Below are positions 11,281 through 24,793 of a stretch of 64,000 nt of DNA, piece after piece. The notes under the pieces are model-generated. The model made no database searches. It had not been told where the DNA came from and saw only the letters and a list, made by a program, of their open reading frames with translations. Both the position numbers and the translations under genes were made by a program. Every line of letters starts with the position of its first letter. Position 1 is the first letter of the stretch. The stretch comes from Botryllus schlosseri (lineage: Eukaryota): positions 36,954,001-37,018,000 of the forward strand of contig CM119371.1 of the NCBI GenBank assembly GCA_051294905.1, given 5' to 3'.

Positions 11281-13929
11281 CTTTATAATACGAGTATACT
11301 ATCATATATATATATATATATATATAAATACTATATACCTATTACTTGCTTCCACTTTGTGGCAAGTCCCTTCAGCATGAAGCACAAAGCGTGTGATGCG
11401 AATTCTTGTCGTTCGCCTGACCTGAACTCAGGGCTGACGTACCCGACAAATGATTTTAATCCGGGGTCGAATTCCACGCTCTGGGACAGCTGCATTTCAT
11501 CTAGAGCTAAAATGCAGTTCCTGTCCCAGTCATGCAGGCTGCCTAGTTTTTTGGCAATCCAATCCAAGACTATGTTCTGGATTCCAGCAGCAAACTTCAG
11601 TGATACCACCCGTTCACAGAGCGTACGATAAGAGGGAAGAGGATAGGAGGATTTTCTCATGTATTCATATCTGAAGATCATTTATACTGTTGGAGCTCAA
11701 AGACTTAAATAAATCCTGTAGTTATCTACCCGTGTTTTCCAGATGAAAACCTGATTTTCAATGCTGACATAATTGTGTCATCGCTCCATTTGCATCCAGA
11801 GGCCTGCCCTTCTCTTTTCAAAACTTGAATCTGATCCTCGTTAAGAAACCTTCCTATCACCTTCTCCACCTGTTCCATCTTATCGGAGCTTACATTCAAC
11901 TACCAAAATGATCAGGAATTAGGTGCAATAACGCTATAATCACATTTGGATATCTTGCATGGTTCTCTGTATTTGAAATGTAAAAAAGGCTAATGAATTT
12001 CACAAGGATTTCGCATTACCTGCGATTTCAGCCGCGCAATTTCTTCATCTTTTTCCTGACACTGGCCTTGGAGCTGCAATTTGTAAGGAGCGATTTTATA
12101 TCGAAGTGGGTGATATGAGCTGTTACTCTGTCTACACTGAAATTTATGGAGCTATCGGCAATATTTAATCTTACCAGTTCCAGCTCCTGCCTCAACAGGG
12201 TACACTCCTCACAAGAAGCCTCTTCGATGATAGTCTAAATCAGTGGTTCTTAACCTTTTTTCTTCCACCACCCCCTTTCAAAAATTATCGTGCTCCAGCG
12301 CCCCCAAACTTCATATTGTAAGAAATGTAATAAAGGCAATGAGTAAGAGGGAGGGCCGTAACAGCACTTCGTTAACCCCCCTAAAAACGATTGCCTTGTG
12401 CACCCATAGCGTGATAAACCGAACTTCTGAGGGCTTCGCCCCCACGAACCCCATATCGTGATTTTGATGGAAAGCCAAGTTTGTGTGGCCTGGTCGCCCT
12501 AGATATCAAAATTTTCCATAATGCATGAATGAATAGGTGGTAATTACATATATAAGTCGCTATAAACTTTTTATCCTCTCAGCCCACGTAATCAGATTTA
12601 CCAGTAGCACTGAGTGAGCTGTGGTATAGGAAAATAAAGGGCACGTAATTAATAATTAAACGTATTCGGGCGTGCCCGCAAGTACAATTATTCGTTACCA
12701 GGGCCGTAACAGCACTTCGTCAGCCCCCCCCCAAACAAAAAACGTTGGTCCTGGGCCCCTATCGGGTGATAAACCAAACTTCCGGGGGACTTCACTCCCA
12801 GACCCCAATAGGCTGACCGCTATTTGCTGATAGCCTATTAGGTATCTACATTGGGTGTCGATTTACTGAGGCAGGTATTCTCGCAAAAAATTTCACTAAT
12901 TAATGATTGAATTGGTCAATATCATTGGGAATTGCATGTAAATTGAGATCAATTTTATCCTCTCTCTGCTCACGTAAACACATTTACCGGTAGAGCTGAG
13001 TGAGGTGCAATGTTCCCTCTAAGCTGCGAACGTGCGCAGTGCTGAAACGGTCTCTGCGCACAGAAAATCTACGTTGCGCACAACAAATCCGGAGTTATTA
13101 CCTTTTTTTAGTCGTTACGTACTGTTGTCCAAGGGTCAGCGCAGTGAGTTGTTAAGTGTGCGCAGACTCATCAAAACTTAAAGGGGCACTGCACTCAAAA
13201 AATGATGTGGTCTCAAATTGAAGGGCAGATCGAAAAAAAATTTTTGGCCGCAGCCGTCTTCTTCAGAACGCCACCGTAATGGAGCTGCAATTTATTGAAA
13301 TTTCCAGAGTTGCACCCGGCTGCAGCAGTCGCGGCTCCGGGTAATTTCTTAACCCGTTACATGGCACAATGACTTCATCGCCGCACTTGCTCGACGCGAT
13401 TACGCAGACGAACTTTAGATAGTTTTCAGTCGATGTTATGAAGGACTCATGTCTTGCACACCAAGGCGGCGCACAACGTACGGTTTTAGGTCAGGAGGAT
13501 TTGTGTCTGGAGCTTGTCATGACTCTATAGTATTTGCCGGTTGAATGATACTGAGATGCCGTTACAGTTGTATATTGATGCAGATACAGCTGTCATTTTC
13601 AAGATGTATTAATGACTGCACAGTGCACAACCTTTTGGAGTAGTGGTCTTGCGGAAGAGACAGACACAGGATATTTTGCATCATTTACCCATGGCATAGC
13701 AACCATCTTGATACGGTCTAGTTTACTTGTTCAAGACACAGATGTATAGATAATCAACACGAAAATATCATTATTTCATTCTCATCAAAGTTCCAATATT
13801 GTTGTGGAAATTTTTATCGTAACATTGTTGTTCTCAGTTTCACAAACGAATCTTCTGTCTCGATCAGTTCATTCATGCAATTCCTTTGACACGTAGTTTA
13901 CATAAAATTGGTTAAAAATTATTAAGGGT

Positions 13930-14878
13930 ATGGAAGAAGATTTTGTTGATGAATTAACTTCTGATGAAGATACAGATGTAGAAGATTTCGATGATATCAC
14001 GATATTTGGTGAATGGTGAGAGCCTGCCGTATCAATTTGAGCCACAATATTCAGAGGAGGAATTCGCCCGTCTTGTTGCAACTCTAGAAGCACAAACTCA
14101 TGTCTCTGTAAGTATTGTACCTGTCTTTCTTGAATGCAATTTATCAATCTCATTGTATTGGTTAAAGGAATCGTCAGAAAACCAGAGTCAACTTCGGACA
14201 CTTGACAACAATGAATGGTGCAGTTGCTTGAACTGTGCATCCATGACAAACCAGAACGAGCGCGTCTGCTGCAGGGAAATACAACAAATAATGGAGCTTC
14301 TGGGGAATGGAGGGTCGACTTGCATAACAGAACATGACGATTTTCTCCTACATATACATCCCTCCATTCTTGAAACGTTTTTCAAAGTGAACAGAAAAAA
14401 TTGGAATAATAACAATCAACCACATGGTCCTGGCAGAAGGCTTTCTAACAAGTGGGTCCTAGAACATTTTGTGTTGTTTATTATTGGACCTATATGTATG
14501 CGACAGGGTCTTGGGACTTGTCATGGTTCCTGGATATAAACGGCAATTTCCTGCATTCTTTACCTTTTCTCGCATGCTTTTATATAAATGCCTACACTTT
14601 ATAAATTGGGAGCATTATACTCTCCATCATATATATGCTGCTATTACTTATCAGCACTTTTTTTATTGCTGCAATATACTTTGATATTTTCCAATTGCAG
14701 ACAATATCGCTTGGTGTCTTATCGACACACACTGGAATGGATTATTGATGGTGACGTTTTGGGTAGCAAAAACAGGATGCCCTTGCCAGCCTGCATCGTG
14801 ACTGCTATAAGGAAAAAGTACCCTAGTAATGATGGACTGTATGTCGGTTTCAAATGGCCGATAGAAAACGAACTGTGA
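13930..14878 (+). CDS. KolX-like Cys-rich protein (P2X7 cytoplasmic-ballast-like domain), 3 exons, possible 5' frameshift
   Basis: Exons ~13930/13991-14107, 14168-14451 and 14701-14878 give PYQFEP, WCSCLNC...ERVCCREI, CITEHDDF, YRLVSYR and LGSKNRMPLPACIVTAIRKKYP. The acidic ATG at 13930 is out of frame with PYQFEP. Confidence 0.8.
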
Positions 14879-15193
14879 TTGATAATACTGCGGCTATGCT
14901 ATATAAGTCGAAATCAGTTCTGTTACTGTATTACTAGACAGTGAACTGGAACTGTTTGCATTGTATATTCCACGAATGGCTGCTGTGCCTGATACATCAC
15001 TACTTTGCTTGCTCGTTATTTATTAAAATAAATAATAAAAAAGAAACATCCGAGGACTATATAGCCGACTATATAGCCAGGGTATTACAACGGGGCAGTC
15101 AGGCAGTGTGGAAGAATGAAATTGAGCTAGTAAGCTACGCAGCACTGCACCACATGCCATTCAACTCTGAGATAGGGATGTATTGTAAGTAAG

Positions 15194-17818
15194 TCACGTT
15201 CTAGAACGACGTTTTGAAAGTAATTCCTCTTTAGAGGGGGCTGGTTCTGGTGCAATGCTGACTGGATGCACACTTCTTGAAATGTTACTGGGAAAGTTGA
15301 TGCCAGTGCGATTCTCAGTAGTTCGCCTCAAAAGCTCTCTCGCATAGTGGTTTGTCTTCTTTTCATACATGTTCTTCAAGATCCACTCTTTTGCTGACCG
15401 AGAGTAACTTTTTTTGTATCGTGCAGCACCTGCTTAAACAAATATAGAGTAAGTAACTAAGTACCTTGACTTGCAAACATTTCATCTGCACAGCAAACCT
15501 GCTCGTGTCACCGCCTGAAATCTACCAACATTCTCATTGTGGTCCAGGACAGCCAATTTGGTTCGTGCAAGCATTGTGTCATAAGTAAAATGAAGACGTT
15601 TAGGTGCAAATTTCAATATGACGTTGTGATAAACTTCCAATGATCCTTTATCTTTATCTTTGTATTCAATAATGATATATCATTTCTGAAACTAGGAATC
15701 CGTCGCCACTTGCATAAGCGCCTATGCTTTCCCTCGTTGAAAACAAGGCATATAGGTTACGGCGGTTTCTTTCACAATAAAGCAGTCATGCTTTAGACGT
15801 TTTTGTGAAGCAGCTGTTGTTTGTTCATCATGTATTTCGTACCTCAACATACCCTTAATCAATCCTAAATCATTATCTGTCAACCTACATACAATGCGCT
15901 TTCAGAATCGCCGCCAGTAGCAGACTCCTTGTTCACCTAATCAGCAAGCTGCTGCTGACGTGGTCATTGAAGCATAGCCGATTATCCAATCAAGAGCCGT
16001 GGTTTCTTGATTACTAGTCTTCTCGCCGTTCTATGGTCGGTGGCACGCCCATTCTTCGGCAGCTACTTTCAAACGCTTTGTACGAAATCTAAACGGCCTT
16101 TCTGTGAGCTTCTTTCAGGCTCAGTGTCGTTTTTTATCAATAATCTATCGAATAAGACATTACAACCGAGGATTTGTACGATTTTCCAAATTATGGACAA
16201 CCCTAGGTACATAAAGAAGATGCACATGGCACAAAGTGCTGCAACATGACTTACTTCACACTTGCTAAATGCGTATCGAAGTAAATGTTGAAATACCAGA
16301 ATTGTCCTACTTTCATCAATTTGTTGACTGTTTGTCGCATCCTCACTACACAGGCTTGTTTCAACATTTGAAAGAGGCTCGATAGTGCTGAGTGACGACG
16401 TAATGCTGAAGTCCTTGGTAACAAAATGATGGGTTGTTATTTAGATGTACTGTGATTAGAAAAGTAGCAGGGCTATCTCACGTCACAATCACCTTTCCTA
16501 CGTTTAGCAACGGGGCTTTCAAACGGATCAGGAAGAGTTCTCCTTGGTTCTTTCAACTTTATTGGAGTCTACCGAGAAATAAGTTGTGGAACACATTAGC
16601 GTGACTTTGTAGAAAGTTGGTATACCCGTCACCACCTTGAACACAGGCGATTTTGTATTGCCGGATGGACGGCAAACTGGTGCCGTGAAGTCGGAGTCTG
16701 ATGACTGAATAGAAATATGTTGAAGATATTAATACGCACAGTATGATATGGGATATCTACTTACATGACTCGATTCAGTAGCTGCACCAGCAAGAAGTTC
16801 GCGTGAGGTTCTTCTCACCGCAATCTACAATATTTGTCAAATAATAACCATCAAGTGGACAAATTGGGGTCACTGTGCAAGTGCACCAACCGCAATCTTA
16901 GACGAAGCCTTTTTTCATGCAATTCCAATGACTGCACAATAAAGACGATGCACACATATTCATGCAAGTATACCTTCTTAAATCAATTAACTCAAGTGTA
17001 CTTACTTGAAGCTTCTGCGTGGAAGGTCTTTTATTGATGGCTGTACTAGATTTCGATTCAATAAAATCTGAATCCGATGACTGAATAAAAACGTTGCAAA
17101 TCCCTATGGAATCATTGTCATGTGAAATTGAAAACAAGGACTTACATTGCAAGATTCTGGAGTTTTAGTGACTGGAGATTCTTCAATTGCTGTTGTTTTC
17201 GCAACCGTCTGTCAAGATAAAAGTTATACAATGCATATAGGGAACTTTAAATATAGTTACCCACCAATGCCTTAGACTTGGTGGGCTTCCCACCAATCAA
17301 TTTCGAACATGTTGAGCCCATAAAATCCGAGTCAGATGACTAAACAGAGAGGACCAAAAGTCAATCCAACACGTCTTAGGGAAAAGCAAATGCAGCCATA
17401 CTTGACAAGATTCCTCCAAAGATTGATCTTCCTTCAAAACTATAGTCAATTTGTGATCTGTTACGTTCTTGGTTTTATGGAACTTCTTTGTAAGATCCAA
17501 CGAAGGTACAGCTTCTGTCAATAAATACAAAGGAACATTTTATAAATATACACAAGAGTTTGCTAGAGATGATTGCCACCAACCCTTCTTAAGTCGTCGA
17601 CGCTTGCTAGTTCCTTTACGATGACGAATAAAATCGCTTTTCTTGAAATGCTTACTGCATACAAAAATATTTCTCTGCTGTATCTTGGTCGACGAGATTC
17701 CTATGGCACTAAACCACTGTCGTCTTAGTGCAATTTCAGAAGGAATTTTATGAAGAGTATGCGATTCGTCATTCCTTTTGACATCACACGATGTAACGGC
17801 ACAACTTCTCCATGTCAT
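15194..17818 (-). pseudogene. Kolobok THAP-transposase with the central catalytic region apparently deleted
   Basis: N-terminal THAP (CAVTSC...W...VCSKHF), low-complexity exons and ILVFQHLLRYAFSKCE. Only ~600 bp later come the C-terminal GSLEVYHNVILKFAPKR..LARTKLAVLDHN exons. Confidence 0.75.
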
Positions 17819-17896
17819 TGCAGCTTGCTATAATGTCAATGTATATTCTATATACTATTACGAAGACTCTGAGTAGAGCAAGACAATACCGTTGAC

Positions 17897-18409
17897 AAGT
17901 GCTTTTCAACCTTTTTGGGCTCCATTCAAAAACAATTTAATTCGCACCAGCCAGCTGGAATTTATCACACAAAAAGAAAATGAAAAGCTTATCACTTTTT
18001 GTATTTGTAGACCTTCCTGTAGGTACAGAGCGTCATTATTTCACATTTAGTGTATCGTATTGCTGAGTAATCAGATACTAAAATCACTGCAGTAGAAAAA
18101 TCACAGATATCGCACTTCCGCTGTTCTCAAGGTCTTGGTACTTTTTCTGCGGGTATCGTGCACTTATTTCTTTCGAAGCTTAAAGGGCGAACCCATGAAC
18201 AATATTCACTCGCAAGAATATCACTTTTCCACTAAATCGACGTATTATGTCAACGCTATATGAATGTGTGCCGAAATTCCAATACTTTGCATTCAAATCA
18301 ACACTGGCATCGCACACTATTTTCTACAAGGTAGGGTTATCATATTTTGGATTCGGGAAAGGAGGACGTTCGCACAAGTACTAACCGTCACACAGGTTGA
18401 AAAGCACTT
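17897..18409. mobile_element. Old hAT-like MITE within Kolobok
   Basis: AAGTGCTTTTCAACC / GGTTGAAAAGCACTT inverted ends; no clear TSD. Confidence 0.5.
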
Positions 18410-19163
18410 TATGCTGTAGCCGTTTTTCAGGGTAACAGTAATTTCTTATCCACAACACGAATATCACCAGTCAGGGTTCCCCATGAACATGACAAAATTC
18501 ATGACATTCAAAATTGGTGGTTCGGGTACTGTATAGGAAAATTCATCATCCCTAACCAAAATCCAACGGTACGCAAACCTAACCTCAACACACAACTCCG
18601 CAGCTGACCCTAAAACATATATATTCATTATATTGTAATCTTACTAATCCCCAAGCCATAATTTTAAGATACTCTCAAACCCTCATCTTATGATTCTCCA
18701 ACCTGAATGCGAAACCAAATATGACCGCTCTGAATTTTGAAATGTTCAGAGGGCACACCGATTGGTGATGGTAATGTTTTATACATAACATAAGAATAGG
18801 ACATGATCTATTCCTGCCCTCAAGAAATAGAATACACTAGGTCCGATTAATAGAAAATCTACTGACTGAATATCGTCCGTGGAACGCCGTATCTACACCA
18901 CCTTGGCGTGTAAGACATATTTGCTTCATAACATCGGCTGACAACTATCTGAAGTTCGTCCTCTGCGTGACTGCGTAATCGCGTCGAGCAAGTGCGACGA
19001 TGAAGTCATTGTGCCATGTAACTATAGATAACTAACCTACGGATAGATGGGCAACACGTGATTCACGGTCGAGAGCCCAGATGCCGTCAAATTTGTTGTC
19101 GCTTCACAGCATGAAGCGGCAGGTTGTTGTCCAGATTGATGTTTGGTGCAGATAGGATATAGG

Positions 19164-19604
19164 TAGGCTTACCATACGTCCGTTTTAAGAGGATTTGTCC
19201 TCTTTTTTGAAAGTGTCCTCGGAGGACGCCCGATTGTCCTCTTTTTTGAGATTTTGTCCTCTTTTTTGAAAATTTAGGTCAGATTTATAGCAAATTGCGA
19301 GTGATATGCCGAAAATAAGCACAGAAGTGACGGTCCGGCGGATATTTCGGTGTGAAAAACGGTGAATTTAGCTCTGAGCGAAAAGCTGACCTTTTTTTTT
19401 TTTTAGTCATCCACCTGGCAATGTGGAGAGAAAAACGGTATTCTGAGCTCTGAGCAGAAGTGATGGCCTTTTTTTTTTTTTTTAGTCAACCGATCACAAA
19501 GTGGGTATAATGCACCGGTTGTTGAGAGTTCTACTCCGGTTTTGCATCCTGCAAATTTCTGAAAAAGTGTCCTCTTTTTACATTTTCAATATATGGTAAG
19601 CCTA
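19164..19604. mobile_element. TAGG-ended MITE (hAT Blackjack/hATm-like) in the P-2 left TIR
   Basis: TAGGCTTACCATA / TATGGTAAGCCTA, with duplication ggatatagg (9 bp). The right TIR provides the empty site. Confidence 0.85.
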
Positions 19605-19860
19605 GGATATAGGGAAATCACAACAGGTTATGTAGTGATACAGTACATAGCCACTGGCGCGGCTATCATTACATTAATATCAGGGGGATATTTCATGAGC
19701 AAAAGAAGTCATGATATTCACTCTATTATTAATTGGTTTCAATATTGACTTCGGCTGAGGTTTCCTTGAACTATTTTGGTTTGTATAATCATAGAGGTTT
19801 TGATATGTATTGATTAATAGCCTAAAGAGAAGACGTTTTCATGATTCAGGCATAATTAAG

Positions 19861-20790
19861 ATGGAGGAATTTGATTTCGAATTACTGACTGAGGATATCA
19901 TCCATGAGTTACTGTATGTAGATATGGATGACAAATCTATTGACAGCAGCAGTACTCCGAAGTGTTCAAAAGGAAGCAGAACTTGTGGCGGTGTTACACC
20001 GGGACATGTGTCAGATGCAGGCAAGCCACATTGTGATATAACACCAGGGCAAATTATGGAGGCTCTCGATGAGAAAGTTGTTTTAACACCATTCGGGCAG
20101 GATAAAGTAAAGCAGTTCATATCGGATTATGTTACCGCCACAAATTCTGGATCGATTATCACTCTGTACCCAACAGAGTGCCTCCAGGCAGATAAATACT
20201 TTGACAGGTTAACGTCAGACCATCGGCCAGCACGACTGTTGCTTGAGGTTATGCGTAAAATTGCAGAAATTGGTGATACGAGAAAAGAAGATAAATTGAT
20301 TGGAGGAGAAATTGGACAATTTGAAAATGAGACACTTGAGTATATAGCTGGCTACACCCTGAAAAAGGCTCATGCGAGATTCCCACTAAGCATTGTCGAA
20401 CAGTTGTGCAGTAAGATGCCACAAGGGTCCCTTATCCGCTTAATGGAACGAAAAGCGAACTCCCTACTTTATCCTTCTGAGGATTACGTGTACTTCGTAC
20501 AGTATGTGTATTTAAAGTTTGCTAGGGAAGCGAGCAGAACTGCAAATAAAATAGATTTCCGGGCAGTGACGGATGAAGTTCTTCATGGTGAATATTTCAG
20601 GTCAACCGTTCAGACAGTTTCTGACATGTGTGTTGATGCTGCTGATGAGTCAAATGTTGAGGAACTTTTCATTTACGTCACAAAGCTAATGGTACGACTG
20701 TTTTCTCATAGCTTTGCTAAGAAGTTGTTTGAGAGGATGGATCAACGAGTCACAACTGGAGCTATTTCACTTCGAAGTCAGCTATCATAA
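19861..20790 (+). CDS. P-2 ORF2, ~309 aa, intronless; resembles the P-transposase C-terminal domain
   Basis: Uninterrupted ORF (ATG at 19861; frame open from 19810). Motifs: ENETLEYIAGY, SLLYPSEDY..F and KLMVRLFSHSFAKK. Confidence 0.8.
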   Translation: MEEFDFELLTEDIIHELLYVDMDDKSIDSSSTPKCSKGSRTCGGVTPGHVSDAGKPHCDITPGQIMEALDEKVVLTPFGQDKVKQFISDYVTATNSGSIITLYPTECLQADKYFDRLTSDHRPARLLLEVMRKIAEIGDTRKEDKLIGGEIGQFENETLEYIAGYTLKKAHARFPLSIVEQLCSKMPQGSLIRLMERKANSLLYPSEDYVYFVQYVYLKFAREASRTANKIDFRAVTDEVLHGEYFRSTVQTVSDMCVDAADESNVEELFIYVTKLMVRLFSHSFAKKLFERMDQRVTTGAISLRSQLS

Positions 20791-21158
20791 AATTAGCCAG
20801 TTTTTGTGCCACAAAATCATGAGAGTCAAGTTTTCAGCCAGGAAATCCCACAGATATCTAACACCTCGGAAACAAGTTGAATCAAGGCCGGAAAGCAGTG
20901 TACAAAAATACATTTTCGTAGCATATCCCTGATGTCATAGTCTCCTTGCTTTGCATGTTGATACTGCCTAGCCATGCAAAGATTCCTCCTATGTAAAAAA
21001 GAGGTAAACCAACACTACGGCTGAAACCTTGACGTTGGTGTGTTGGCTATTGTCCAATATCAGCTGGCAGTCCCTTCGTACTGGTGACAACATATCAAAC
21101 TGACATTTCCATCCTCAGTCTTTTCAATATTTATTGTTTTCAATATTCAATATATTAT

Positions 21159-24100
21159 TCACTCCTTGGATGACTTTTGCTTGGGTTGTGTAGATGCATC
21201 ATAAGGCTTTGCAGATCTTTTGATTATTTTCGATTGGGTGACATGATGGATGTCATACGCCAGTTGTGAAATGTCCGGATTTGTCCGTCTTCTACCCATT
21301 TGCCTCTGCAATCATAATCCCTGTCATTGCTCTGACACCAAATAATGTTAAGGATCTTACCAAATTTCCAAAAAATGCCTCTAGCACATCCTGTGTGAAC
21401 GTGCCAAGGGCCAACTTTGGCATTTCTTTAAGGAGACGATCGCACAGACCCACCATATTGCGAGACGTGAAAATTAGGCCTTCCATCGTGGGTTTTGCCA
21501 TTATTCGTTTTGGCTCACCACGACTTTCAGCATATTTCTAAAAAATTACATGATAACCCGAAAATACCTTGAATAATAACTATGAGGAACTGACCTTCCA
21601 ACTCAATAATCGATCCGCAAATTCACTCAGCCATGCAATTCTTTCATCGTCCAGGCTGCATATCGGAAAACTAATGCGGCATGTGACGATATTGAACCAT
21701 CTGTTTTAGGTCATAAAATCAAGCCCCTTGTTATATAAGTGAAAATTCGTTACTCGTACCTTTCCATCATCAGAACAAAATCAGATGTACCTGTTGCTCC
21801 CATCCCTTTCAAACAATTTCCAACTTTGTGACTCAATACACCCGTAGCCAAACTGACATTCATCTGGCATGAAAAATGGTCACATCTCAGCCCAGTGAAT
21901 TCTTGCAAGCGCATTATCTAGACCAGTGCTTCTCAACCTTTTTAAATTCGCCTCCCACTTTCCATCCAAATTTCATTGCGTGGCCCACCAGACACCCTTT
22001 CGCGAAAACGTTTAATATTTTGACATTTTTCGACTTGCGTGGTAGAAAACAGATCTACAAATTGGGATACATCATCGTTTCTTAAAATGTCTTCGTGACC
22101 CAAGTGGGCCACAGCTCACCGGTTGAAAAGCACTGATCTAGACCAGGGGTGTCTAACATATTTTTTGCCTACTTTAGATCTTGGATTTAAATTAACATGG
22201 GCCAATGTCAATCCGGACTGGTAAAGTGCCAGGCTGCGCGACTCCATGTCAAACAGTTTTTGGATATCCGTCCATAATATATCTTGCCCTTTCCCATTCA
22301 TGTTCATGTATCGAGTTCCCTCTGCTTTCGATGAATAGAGAGAGTTCCGTGTGGTCTGTTGGGATGTAAGAATATATCGGGTATGGTAGTGCTCACCGTA
22401 CTACAATAATATGATCTAAAATTATGAGGTAAAGCTACCTTGAGGAGATGCTGAGGATCGGAGCATAGAAAAATTGGCCTTTCAGGAGCGTACGGATTTG
22501 GAGCAGTAAAAAGTCCATCTAATGGAATCTTCCTTGTCCCAGCAATCACCTTGAAAAAGCTCCTGTTGACTGATAGCCCATCAGCGACAAGGGCATGGAT
22601 GTTGAGCCCTCTCGATTCACATTCATCCAGCATCTCCCAGAATAAGAATGCCAATTCGTCAGGTGTCAAGTGGTGTGTTGGATACCATGCCAATGGTAAT
22701 GATATCTCCTTTTTGACACTTCGGACATAGAAAACTGAATATTTTTTATTAAGGATTGATTTTTTGAAATGCTCGACTGTTACATCATAACCATACCTAA
22801 TATGTGACTTGCAATCACACTTCTGCTTGTGATTGGTGACTCAACAAATCCCACCAGTTTTCCATCCTTTATGACTAAATTTTCACGGACTAGTCACAGA
22901 AACATAATACAGTGAAAAGTTGAGGCGATGTTCATGAACCATTGCACTAACTTTTCATTTCATCAATGGTAATATAGCATGGTAGTTTCTTGTAAGTAGA
23001 CATCACCCGATCGATTTCAGTAACTGCTGCTTTGTTGATGCCACAGGAGGGAGTGATATAGTTTCTTTGATATATTACGGCATGGTTTTTAAAGCATTTT
23101 CGAATTCATAGTATGCTTACCTATAATTTCGGATTGTCTTGACTGACGGTAAGATCAAGACATTGGTCTCTCTGATGAATTTATAGGCCACAGGAGACCT
23201 AGAAAATAATTCAACGGCCCATTGAATGACGTCTGGATGGTAACGTCGCGCAAATTTGTTCATTGAGCTGCATGCTTGTTGGCATGAATTGAATAACTTC
23301 TGCCACTCCACAATTTTTGCTTCTTGCTGACTTGATTCCTGTAAAACAAGTTGTTCACTACAATACAGCAATTATATCTTTAATGGAACTACCTCTGTGT
23401 TGTCAACCAAGACATCAACTTCGATGGCATCACTACATCTCAATTGAAAGTTTGCACATGCTCGACATGCACTCTTAGTTTGCCAACCTTTCCCTGAAGT
23501 ACTAAACATCATACACCGCAATCATATTATGTAAATGGAGAGTTCTACCCAAAATGGAGCACCCAGGAGACCTTGATACGCTGCTAGTAACTACTTGAGC
23601 TCCATTCCATTTGACAAAAGGATGATGTACTGCTCCGCCAATGTCGCCTTGCAAGCCACAGCATATTGATAATTCTTCCAGTTCACCTTCAAGTCAATTA
23701 CAAAATAACAATAATATTATATATAAAATCAAGCATTTGTCTGATTGAACTTGCATAACCACTCCAGTATCCCTGTATGCATTATCTGTGATACTCCAAG
23801 ATTTTTGAAATCCAGCTGCCAACCATAGCATGCAACACTTTCAATTCTAACTTCATTGTTGATTACAATTCTGTGCAAAATCAGTATGATTATCAAGACA
23901 AACTCAACTAATTGTTAACAAAATATAACCTTAGTTTTGGTACCAAGCTTTCTTCTACATTCTCTCTTTTCTCCACTATCAAATCTGCACCGTGATCAGT
24001 AAATATCCAAGCCTCTAAAAATAATCCTGAACTGCATACTGCGAATAGTGCTTAGCATGAGTTGAAGACTTATTTACAGAATAACTGTTACCTTGAACAT

Positions 24101-24793
24101 TTTTAGGAAGGTCATTAATAGCTTCTCGAAGTGCTCTGAGTGAAGAGTGAACTTGTCTGCGAGGTGATAGATGCCTGCGGTTTGTGGGAGGTTTCCTGAC
24201 TGAAGGCTTTGCACTATGGGATTTTTGTGGCAAATTCAAGGTTGGCAAGGCTCCACAACGAAGAGATCGTTTTCCACCAGCAGATATGATTATGGCGTCC
24301 TTTTCAAAATGGTGATCACAGATGGCTGCACTGAAATATGAAACAGTATTACTCTCGCATGATTTTCACAATAATTCAAGCAGAATAATAAATATCCAGA
24401 ACTGATCGGACTGAACAAGATATTGTAGCATTGACCTACTGGAAACTGAAAATAAAAACAACTTGCAGCAGTGGAAGCGAAATATAAAATATGGTAACAT
24501 AGAGGATAACATGTCGGCTACTTCCAATTATAAAGGTAGAGATAGTAATTATTGAGACACAGCTGATACTACCAAGAAACAAGTCGAACTTACGTTTCTT
24601 TATGCAGTAGATGTTGGATATTATCACCTTTGGACGGATCTCGCCAATGCAATATGAATTGGGTTAAAGCACGTCTGTGCCTCCGCTCTTCATCAGACGT
24701 TGCCAAGTCTGGCCTATATATTGTGAAGATAGAGCGTTTTTCCTTAGATTTACGCTGCCAGTGACATCCTGGTATTGCGCAGGTGTTTGCCAT
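21159..24793 (-). CDS. P-2 THAP + DDE transposase, ~15 exons, apparently intact, no C-terminal domain
   Basis: Hand splicing gives MANTCAIPGC...AICDHHF...ALPT (THAP), LILPSVKTIR, TIDEMKIRENL (D1), VADGLSVN (D2), SDPQHLLK, WFNI, TQDVLEAFFG (E), NPDISQ, then a stop at 21159. An alternative short last exon would end at ~21095. Confidence 0.88.
21924..22135. mobile_element. hAT MITE in a P-2 transposase intron
   Basis: CAGTGCTTCTCAACC / GGTTGAAAAGCACTG; perfect 8-bp TSD atctagac. Confidence 0.9.
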
